In this document: in pieces, positions 9,201-16,814 of the stretch
How the letters are laid out: the number at the start of each line of letters is the position of its first letter
Position numbering within the stretch: position 1 is the stretch's first letter
DNA from: Planctomycetota bacterium
Lineage (GTDB): Bacteria > Planctomycetota > GCA-002687715 > DRQF01
Length of the DNA: 64,000 nucleotides
Assembly (NCBI GenBank): GCA_027001995.1
Contig: JALTLO010000202.1
Location: forward strand, 1-64,000
Direction: 5' to 3'
Notes under the pieces: model-generated
Told to the model about the DNA's origin: nothing
Databases searched by the model: none
What the model saw: the letters and a program-made list of their open reading frames with translations, nothing else
Translations under genes and position numbers: made by a program

Positions 9201-11119
9201 TGAGCAACATACTCGATTCGAAAATCCCTGACGGTCCTTTGGCCGATAAATGGGATCTACATAAAGCCAAACTCAAGTTGATTGCGCCAAACAACCGGCG
9301 GAAATTCAACATCATTGTTGTGGGTTCTGGCTTGGCTGGGGCCTCCGCTGCGGCGTCCTTAGCCGAGATGAACTACAACGTCACTTGTCTTTGCGTGCAA
9401 GACTCCGCTCGACGAGCTCACAGTATTGCTGCCCAAGGTGGTATCAATGCAGCGAAGAACTACCCCAATGACAACGACAGCATTTTTCGCCTCTTTTACG
9501 ACACCATCAAAGGCGGTGACTTTCGTGGTCGAGAAGGCAATACCTATCGCTTAGCCCAGGTTTCAAACAACATTATTGATCAATGCGTTGCTCAAGGTGT
9601 GCCTTTCGCTCGGGAATATGGTGGTGTTCTTTCTAACCGAACCTTCGGTGGTGCCCAGGTATCCCGAACTTTCTATGCCCGGGGGCAAACAGGCCAGCAA
9701 TTGCTCCTGGGGGCTTACAGCGCTTTGATGCGCCAAGTCAACCGAGGCAAGGTTGACATGCGTCCTCGGCGCGAAATGATGGATTTGGTCAAAGTCGACG
9801 GCGTCGCCCGCGGGGTTGTGGTCAGGAATTTGGTCACTGGAGAGCTGGAGCGCTATGCCGCTGATGCGGTTCTTTTATGCACCGGTGGCTATGGCAACGT
9901 CTTTTACCTTTCCACCAATGCCAAGGGTTGCAACGTCACCGCCGCCTACCGCTGTCACAAGCAAGGGGCCTTCATGGCGAACCCTTGCTTCACACAGATC
10001 CATCCCACCTGTATTCCTGTCTCCGGGGATCATCAGTCGAAATTGACTCTCATGAGTGAGAGTCTCAGAAACGATGGTCGGGTATGGGTGCCGAAGAAGA
10101 AGGGCGACGATCGCCCACCTTCTCAGATTCCCGACAGCGAGCGCGATTATTACCTCGAACGGAAGTACCCGAGCTTCGGCAACATGGTTCCCCGGGACGT
10201 CGCTTCACGGAACGCAAAAGTGGCTTGCGACAATGGCCAAGGGGTGGGAGCCAGTGGTTTGGCTGTTTATCTTGATTTCCAAGAGGCTATCGAGCGTGAA
10301 GGCCGGGACGTGATTGAGGCTCGTTACGGCAACCTCTTCCACATGTACGAGAAAATCACGGCGGAAAACCCCTACGAAGTGCCCATGCGTATCTACCCAG
10401 CGGTTCACTACACCATGGGAGGCTTATGGGTGGATTATAACTTGGAAAGCACAATTCCAGGCTTGTTTGTCCTCGGCGAAGCCAACTTCTCTGATCATGG
10501 CGCTAACCGCTTAGGGGCCAGTGCCTTGATGCAAGGTTTGGCTGATGGTTATTTCGTTGCACCCTATACGGTGGCGGCTCACCTAGCCGAGCGGGCTTTG
10601 CCAGCTGTTTCCACCGAAGACGAAGCTTTTCAGGCGGCTGAAAAAGGGGTTCGTGATCGGATCTCGAAGCTTCTGAGCGTAGGAGGCAGCAAAAGTGTTG
10701 ACTACTTCCATCGCAAATTGGGCCTCACCATGTGGGATCACTGTGGCATGGCAAGGAATGAAGAAGGGCTGAAGAAAGCTCTGAAGATTATTCCCGAATT
10801 GCGTGAAGAGTTCTGGAAGGACGTGCGTGTTCTTGGCCAAGGGGGGCAGATGAACCAGGAGCTTGAAAAGGCTGGTCGGGTCGCTGATTTCCTCGAATTC
10901 GGCGAACTCATGTGCCGGGATGCTCTTAACCGCAAGGAAAGCGCCGGTGGACATTTCCGGGAGGAATACCAAACGGCGGAGGGCGAGGCGAAGCGGGATG
11001 ATGAAAACTATCGTTACGTGGCAGCTTGGGAATTTAAGGGTGATGGCAAAGAGCCAGCACTTCACAAAGAAGCCCTTGAGTTTGAGAACGTGGAACTAAC
11101 CCAGAGGAGCTACAAGTAA
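9200..11119 (+). CDS. sdhA: Succinate dehydrogenase/fumarate reductase flavoprotein subunit
   Basis: [21 protein letters not shown] (FAD-His), HYTMGG, HGANRLG. Start moved to the TAATG-coupled ATG at 9200. Confidence 0.97.
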   Translation: MSNILDSKIPDGPLADKWDLHKAKLKLIAPNNRRKFNIIVVGSGLAGASAAASLAEMNYNVTCLCVQDSARRAHSIAAQGGINAAKNYPNDNDSIFRLFYDTIKGGDFRGREGNTYRLAQVSNNIIDQCVAQGVPFAREYGGVLSNRTFGGAQVSRTFYARGQTGQQLLLGAYSALMRQVNRGKVDMRPRREMMDLVKVDGVARGVVVRNLVTGELERYAADAVLLCTGGYGNVFYLSTNAKGCNVTAAYRCHKQGAFMANPCFTQIHPTCIPVSGDHQSKLTLMSESLRNDGRVWVPKKKGDDRPPSQIPDSERDYYLERKYPSFGNMVPRDVASRNAKVACDNGQGVGASGLAVYLDFQEAIEREGRDVIEARYGNLFHMYEKITAENPYEVPMRIYPAVHYTMGGLWVDYNLESTIPGLFVLGEANFSDHGANRLGASALMQGLADGYFVAPYTVAAHLAERALPAVSTEDEAFQAAEKGVRDRISKLLSVGGSKSVDYFHRKLGLTMWDHCGMARNEEGLKKALKIIPELREEFWKDVRVLGQGGQMNQELEKAGRVADFLEFGELMCRDALNRKESAGGHFREEYQTAEGEAKRDDENYRYVAAWEFKGDGKEPALHKEALEFENVELTQRSYK

Positions 11120-11883
11120 TGAGTGACACAACTTTCTCCCTCAACTTGAAGATCTGGCGCCAGGAGTCAGCGGACAAACCGGGCAAAATGGTCGACTACA
11201 AGATTGATTGTGTGGACGAACATATGTCATTCTTGGAGATGCTTGATGTACTCAATCAGCAGCTCATCGAAAAAGGCGAAGTTCCCGTAGCATTCGATCA
11301 CGATTGTCGGGAAGGCATTTGCGGCACTTGTGGTTGCATGATCAATGGCCATGCTCACGGGAAAGATTCAGAGACAACTCTTTGCCAGCTCCATATGCGG
11401 AAGTTCCGCGATGGCGACACCCTTTATCTTGAGCCATGGCGGGCGAAAGCCTTTCCTATTGTTCAAGATCTCTGCGTCGACCGGAGTGCTTTTGACCGAA
11501 TTCAAGCGGCAGGTGCCTACTGCTCGGTCCACACGGGTAGCGCCATCGACGGGAATTCTCTTCTGGTCCCCAAAGCCAACGCAGAATCTGCCATGGATGC
11601 CGCCGCCTGCATTGGTTGCGGCGCCTGTGTGGCCGCCTGCAAGAACGCGTCTGCCATGCTTTTTGTAGGGGCCAAAGTCTCCCAATTCGCCTTGCTGCCC
11701 CAAGGCCAAATTGAACGCAAAGAGCGCGTCCTCAATATGGTTGAGCAAATGGATGCCGAAGGTTTCGGAAACTGCACCAATGAGTTTGAGTGTGAAGCCG
11801 CTTGCCCGAAGGGTATATCGGTGGATAACATCGCTCGGATGAACCGGGAGTACATCAAAGCAGCAGCCACCAAAGCCGATTGA
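11119..11883 (+). CDS. sdhB: Succinate dehydrogenase/fumarate reductase iron-sulfur subunit
   Basis: [37 protein letters not shown] coupling to sdhA. Confidence 0.97.
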   Translation: MSDTTFSLNLKIWRQESADKPGKMVDYKIDCVDEHMSFLEMLDVLNQQLIEKGEVPVAFDHDCREGICGTCGCMINGHAHGKDSETTLCQLHMRKFRDGDTLYLEPWRAKAFPIVQDLCVDRSAFDRIQAAGAYCSVHTGSAIDGNSLLVPKANAESAMDAAACIGCGACVAACKNASAMLFVGAKVSQFALLPQGQIERKERVLNMVEQMDAEGFGNCTNEFECEAACPKGISVDNIARMNREYIKAAATKAD

Positions 11884-11911
11884 GACCCGTTTTCTCACGG
11901 CTCCCAAATCG

Positions 11912-11944
11912 AAAAAGCCCAAGGCCCTCGCCTTGGGCTTTTTT
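11912..11944 (+). terminator. Rho-independent terminator of sdhCAB
   Basis: AAAAAGCCCAAGG-ccctcg-CCTTGGGCTTTTTT. Confidence 0.9.
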
Positions 11945-12163
11945 GTGTGGATTGCGTTAAGGGATATTTCATTTTACTGGCGCGTGATAGATTCATTATA
12001 TGTCTGAAGATATGTTTCTTTGGGAAGTGTTGAATAAAACTACAACTCTCAATGGGACTGTAGAGAAGGACGACATGAGAGCATGGGAGAGGGAAGCCTG
12101 CGCCCCTCAAAAGAAGAAGATTGAAGCACCGTTTTGGTGCTCGTGAATATTTGGAGATCCTCA

Positions 12164-12622
12164 ATGTCCATTTCCATGCCCCCCGCAACCAACGTCACAT
12201 GTTGGCTCGCTTGTCTCGCCCGTACCAAGCAAAGGCTCGATACGGTGCTGGATGTCATGGGGGAAGGCGAGGCTGATTGGGCCCCGGACGACGGCATTGC
12301 CACCGCCCGGGAACACCTATGGGCCATCGCCGAAAGTGAGCGGAGCCTCACTGCGATTTTGACACGGGGGACCATGACCAGCAGTGGCTATCAAGCTCAA
12401 CATGTGGACTTCGAGGAAATCAAGCGGACCCTCGAAATCTGCAATCGCAACCTGGTGGGATGGTTGGAAGACCTGGAATCCCTGGAAGACCGGGAAATTG
12501 ACCCACAGATGATAGATGCTCTATTGGCCCATCTTGACTTGAAAGCTCACCACACCGCCTTCATTGCCAGCTTGACCCAGTTGATTGATCCTAATCGCTT
12601 ATCGTCGTCATCCATCGTCTGA
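12164..12622 (+). CDS. DinB/YfiT-like four-helix protein
   Basis: DWAP....TAREHLWAIAESE and LLAHL..KAHH pattern. GGAG RBS before ATG 12164. Confidence 0.65.
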   Translation: MSISMPPATNVTCWLACLARTKQRLDTVLDVMGEGEADWAPDDGIATAREHLWAIAESERSLTAILTRGTMTSSGYQAQHVDFEEIKRTLEICNRNLVGWLEDLESLEDREIDPQMIDALLAHLDLKAHHTAFIASLTQLIDPNRLSSSSIV

Positions 12623-12647
12623 ATTGGTTGACAGCTATGACGTGAAA

Positions 12648-12695
12648 GGGCCTGCTCGGACTTCTGATGATATCAGAGTGTTTCTGGGCGGGCCC
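12648..12695 (+). terminator. Long hairpin after the DinB-like gene (terminator or part of a structured RNA)
   Basis: 12648-12660 pairs with 12683-12695 (13 bp incl. 3 G-U), plus inner stem 12662-12668/12672-12678. Confidence 0.5.
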
Positions 12696-12737
12696 GATAT
12701 TTTGAGGCAGACCTTCTTGGGGATATTTGATTTCGTC

Positions 12738-12865
12738 CTCTCTGCCCACTACAATCTCACCCGAGGCCGTGTTCGTATTAGCGTGAATGGTCGTGAGTCG
12801 TCGGAGTTGGCGTGTCCCTATTCCGTTAGTCGTTTTCTTGGTTTTGATGGGCAGAGAGTCAGGTC
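12738..12865 (+). promoter_or_regulatory. Candidate structured 5' leader sequestering the RBS of the DUF2203 gene
   Basis: CTCTCTGCCCA (12738-12748) is the exact reverse complement of TGGGCAGAGAG (12848-12858) and encloses two further hairpins. Confidence 0.5.
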
Positions 12866-13321
12866 ATGAAGGGCAAAATTTTCTCAAAGCAAGAAGCAAC
12901 GAATATGCTTCCCCTTGTGCGCCGCATCGTGACAGATGCTAAGGCTTGCACAACTTTGATTGCTCGTCATGAGCGAGATGTGACTGCGGCGAGAAAAGGT
13001 TTGGATTCGAACATCCAAGACCTCTCCAAGGGTGAATCGGACGCTGTTTTGGCCGAGATCGCCGAGCATGAGTCCAAGCTTGCCACCTTAGAAGAGAAAC
13101 GGGAAACCTGCTCCCAAGAGTTGGAAGACTTAGGTGTCTTCTTGGCTGACGCCGAGTCTGGTGTTGTGCGCTTCTACGGTGAAATGGCTTCTCGTATTGT
13201 CTATTACGTTTGGCAACTCGGCGAACCAGAAGTTGCCTTTTGGCATGAGATCCGTGGTAGCTTTGAAGATCGAAAAGCCATTGACGGTGACGAGATCATG
13301 GCCCAAAGCGCTGAGTGCTAG
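12866..13321 (+). CDS. DUF2203 family protein
   Basis: FS..EA..MLPLVRRIV N-terminus, coiled coil, LGV...D..SG.V.F, YYVWQLGEPEVAFWH...F..RK.I. Confidence 0.85.
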   Translation: MKGKIFSKQEATNMLPLVRRIVTDAKACTTLIARHERDVTAARKGLDSNIQDLSKGESDAVLAEIAEHESKLATLEEKRETCSQELEDLGVFLADAESGVVRFYGEMASRIVYYVWQLGEPEVAFWHEIRGSFEDRKAIDGDEIMAQSAEC

Positions 13322-13329
13322 TGTTCATG

Positions 13330-14664
13330 TTAAGGCAATGGAACATCGGCAAATTTGAATTCCAAGGTCTTTGACCCCACAGAGACAACTTGTGAGAAAC
13401 GCAAAGACTTGAATTCTCCTTTGGGCAATTCGACCCGAAGCATTTCATGGTCCCCTTGAATTTGCCTGGCGATTCTCTTGTGCGCTGTTTTCTCGGAGCC
13501 GTCTTCGGCGACGAAGGTCACCAACTGTTCGATGATCTCCATGGGCCGCACGGTCTTGGTGCGGGGCAAGATCCGGCTCACCCGTAGAACAGCCGTTCTT
13601 CTTTGGGCATTCTTTTCGATACGCTTAAATTGAACCTCTAAACTTCCAGATTGGGCCTTGCTACTGTCATTCTTGGCATCGAGGGCCACTTCAACAGTTT
13701 CAATACCTGTGGGCACGACGATGGGAATGGTGATGTTGAGGGTCTTGAGGCTACTGGCGTCTTTCTGGGGACGTTCGATACGCAAATTGAAGTTGAAAAG
13801 GCGGCGGTTGAGAGACGATTGGAAAGACTGAGCCACAGAGGTTTCAATTTTTACGCTTCGGCCTTTGTCGTCCTTGGCTTCGGTCACTTGAGGTTGAAAA
13901 ACCACTCCCAGGACGTCAGCGGTGGGCTCAATGTCAAGTTGCCCACGGATGTAGCAATTGAAAGTGGCATCGCTGCCAAATTGCAAATTTGTGTTGATTG
14001 TCATGGAGTTGAGAGCGACCCGAAATGGGCCTGAGTAGATCTCAACGGGAGCGGACTTGATGCCACTGTTGTAGAAGCGAAATTCCCCGGAATTGTAATC
14101 TTGGGCCCATCGCACTCCTAATTTGTTGCACAGTTCATGGAGGATCTTGAGAGCTTCGCGCTTGCCCTCCGGGAGGAAGATTTCATTCCTTTCATTGATG
14201 CCCACACGATCCGCAAAGCGAAATCCTGCATCTTGTGAAAGTAATTTGAGAATGTCCCCAACAGTGGTTTTCTCCTTGCCAATGGTGAGCATGCTTGGGG
14301 AGAGTTGGGGGATATATGCTTTTTTGTCGGAAGCGTTTTCTTCGAGCAAGGATTGTACTTGCATCCGTGCATTGATCGAGAGCTTATCTAAGCGAGATAT
14401 GAGGATGTCATGGATTTTCGGCCCCATGAGGCGCAATCGCTCGAAGGCGGCTTCTCTGGTGGCGAAAGCAGGTGCATCCAAAGACTTCAACAATGCAGCG
14501 ATTTTATCTCGAGTGGCTTTCTGAGTCACCTGGGAGCCAACTTGGGGTTCGTTTTCCCCCTGGCCATGGGCATTTATGGTCACTCCTAAAAGAAAGACCA
14601 ACAGTAAGGTTACCTCGGCTGATCTCTTTGACCACTTATTCGCGAATTGAATGGTGTTGCTCAC
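13330..14664 (-). CDS. Secreted hypothetical protein (N-terminal HEAT-like helix pair, beta-rich C-terminus)
   Basis: GTG start with AGGAG RBS. Signal peptide ending AHG-Q. LKSLDAPAFATREAAFERL. Confidence 0.75.
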   Translation of the reverse strand: MSNTIQFANKWSKRSAEVTLLLVFLLGVTINAHGQGENEPQVGSQVTQKATRDKIAALLKSLDAPAFATREAAFERLRLMGPKIHDILISRLDKLSINARMQVQSLLEENASDKKAYIPQLSPSMLTIGKEKTTVGDILKLLSQDAGFRFADRVGINERNEIFLPEGKREALKILHELCNKLGVRWAQDYNSGEFRFYNSGIKSAPVEIYSGPFRVALNSMTINTNLQFGSDATFNCYIRGQLDIEPTADVLGVVFQPQVTEAKDDKGRSVKIETSVAQSFQSSLNRRLFNFNLRIERPQKDASSLKTLNITIPIVVPTGIETVEVALDAKNDSSKAQSGSLEVQFKRIEKNAQRRTAVLRVSRILPRTKTVRPMEIIEQLVTFVAEDGSEKTAHKRIARQIQGDHEMLRVELPKGEFKSLRFSQVVSVGSKTLEFKFADVPLP

Positions 14665-14848
14665 GCAAATCTCCTATCTCTTGCTATTATGACCCATGAG
14701 TCTTCCTCTGTCAGCCAGGGGATTGCCCACATTTTTGCGATGGTTAAATTATCCATGCCTCAGAGGTCTTGAGAGACGACCTAAAAGGCGCAATGGCAGT
14801 CCCCGACAAGAGACGGGACATACTCTTGTTCGGCATAGAGGAACGTTC

Positions 14849-16570
14849 ATGCCCGAGTTTATTCTCGAAATCGGCAATTCAGTGAAGCGATGTTCTGCAG
14901 ATGGGCCCAAGATTGTTCTTGGCCGAGACGAAGATTGCGACGTTGTCTTAGAGAATGGGAGTATTTCGCGACAGCACGCTCAAATAGAGAAGGTGGGGGA
15001 TAAGTGGATCCTGCAGGACTTGGATTCAGGCAATGGCCTTTTTGTTGATGGGACGAAAGTACGTCGCGTTGTTTTAACCCGAGGAAGTCATTTTAGCTTG
15101 GGAAATGTGGCCCAGGTGACATTCTTGATGGATGATGCTGACGATGACGTTCTTGTGTCCGAGGATGCGGAGGTGGTTGCGAGCCCAGCTGAGGGCCCTG
15201 AGCCAAACCATGGGGAGAGCAGGCCCCAGGGGCCTGCCATGGACGGATACACTCTTATTGAGTTCTTGGGGGAGGGGCCTCGAAGTGTGGCGTTTTCCTA
15301 TCGCAAGGATGGGGGGGGAAAGGTTGTCTGCCTGCGATTCCAGAAGAATCCCGGAAATTCCGCTGAGCTAGCTCAAAGGATCGCAGATTGGAACGAAGTT
15401 GATGAGTCCGGGGTGGCCCGATTAGACCTTCTCAAGTCTTCAGAAGGTGATGATGTTATTCGAGAACGTTTGGCGGAGCCCGGAACTCTCGCAGATCTTA
15501 TGAAACGATCTGGACGGGTGAATCTCGATGAGGCATTGGCCATCGGGCGAAAAGTGGCGGAGGCTCTGGATGCCTTGCACCGAGCAGGGGTGCGTGTCGG
15601 GCGCCTCAGGTCAGAAAAGATTCGCTGGCAAGAGTCAGATGGGCAAGTCCGCATCTCAGGGCCCAATGTGAGCCTCATTGATGTCTTAGGCACCGATGAC
15701 GCCCAGGCTGAGAGCCTCTATTGTTTGGCCCCCGAGATCTTAAGTGCTGCTGAGCCTTCTGTTTCCAGCAGAAGAGGCGATATCTATGCTCTGGGTGCTA
15801 TCCTCTACCGATTGTTCACAGGTGTTTCCGTGGTGGAAGGAAAAACGGTGGAAGCCGTTGTGCGTTCTTCCAGTCGCGGTTTGTCCAAAACACCGGCCGA
15901 TCGCAGGAAAGGTCTTCCGGACGGGCTTTCTGACCTCATCATGACGTCCCTCAGCCAGGATCCAGCCCAACGGCCTCTCACGGTGTCCGACATCGCGGAG
16001 TCCCTGCAAGGCATGAGTGCCCAGGTTCAGGCCCGAGCCCCATCGCGCCCCATGCAAGCCTCTGAGAAGGAGGTGGGGCAACGGCAAGCGAAACAGCCTA
16101 AGTCCTTGCGTTTTCGGATAATTAGCTGGTCTGTCACGATCGTTCTTTTACTCCTGCTAAATGTCATCCCCTACTTGCTGTATCGAGACAAAATTGGCAC
16201 ATTCGGATCGTCGGATGGCGATTTTCTGCCGATTGGCTCTGATGAATCTGGATTTGATCCAGACGACTCGAGGAGCCCTTTGGAAAAGAAAGTCGACCAA
16301 GACGTTGAGAAAGATCGTTTTGATCGTGCTCTGAGCAACATTGAAAGTGCCTCAGGGGCCGGAACGATTGATAAAAACCAAGCGGTGCGCTTGGCCCAAA
16401 AGGTAAAAACGCGCCGTTCAACCCGGATCTATCAAGTGACGAAGAAGATTGAGCAATTGATCGAACGTCAAAAACTTGCCCGGGCCAATTCTCTTCTGCT
16501 GACATTGAAAGCCATTGTGGGCTCGTCGGACGACGGCTACAGGCGCTTGAAGAATCAAATCGACGGCTAA
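14849..16570 (+). CDS. FHA domain + degenerate Ser/Thr kinase (pseudokinase) + TM helix protein
   Basis: FHA motifs LGR, SRQHA, DLDSGNG. Kinase-fold remnants LGEG, LAPE, DIYALGAILY, DPAQRP. TM WSVTIVLLLLLNVIPYLLY. Start at ATG 14849 after AGAGGA. Confidence 0.85.
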   Translation: MPEFILEIGNSVKRCSADGPKIVLGRDEDCDVVLENGSISRQHAQIEKVGDKWILQDLDSGNGLFVDGTKVRRVVLTRGSHFSLGNVAQVTFLMDDADDDVLVSEDAEVVASPAEGPEPNHGESRPQGPAMDGYTLIEFLGEGPRSVAFSYRKDGGGKVVCLRFQKNPGNSAELAQRIADWNEVDESGVARLDLLKSSEGDDVIRERLAEPGTLADLMKRSGRVNLDEALAIGRKVAEALDALHRAGVRVGRLRSEKIRWQESDGQVRISGPNVSLIDVLGTDDAQAESLYCLAPEILSAAEPSVSSRRGDIYALGAILYRLFTGVSVVEGKTVEAVVRSSSRGLSKTPADRRKGLPDGLSDLIMTSLSQDPAQRPLTVSDIAESLQGMSAQVQARAPSRPMQASEKEVGQRQAKQPKSLRFRIISWSVTIVLLLLLNVIPYLLYRDKIGTFGSSDGDFLPIGSDESGFDPDDSRSPLEKKVDQDVEKDRFDRALSNIESASGAGTIDKNQAVRLAQKVKTRRSTRIYQVTKKIEQLIERQKLARANSLLLTLKAIVGSSDDGYRRLKNQIDG

Positions 16571-16814
16571 GAAAGTCGTCGAGCAACAAACGAAGAAAGT
16601 CACAGTGGCTTTCTACACAAGAAAAACAGTCCCTGGAGGGACTGGCACGCGTAACTGAACCTTCACGTTCAGATCAATCCTGCCATGAGGCAGGACACTT
16701 TGGGAAATGCAGTCTGGGATACTCCATGACTTTGGCCGAAGACCATCCCAAATACGCCCATGCCAGATTCTCCCTGTGACCTATCCGTCCCGAATGGGAC
16801 AGGGAGGAAGCCTC
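16560..16814 (+). promoter_or_regulatory. Multi-hairpin intergenic RNA / 5' leader with sequestered Shine-Dalgarno
   Basis: Seven consecutive stems. TTCTCCCTGT (16768-16777) pairs with ACAGGGAGGA (16799-16808), which contains GGAGG. Confidence 0.5.

Noticed and set aside
12585..12869. 94-aa ORF spanning the DinB-DUF2203 gap
   Set aside because: No RBS or motif and it overlaps the upstream gene. The region is better explained by RNA structure, though a leader peptide is not excluded.
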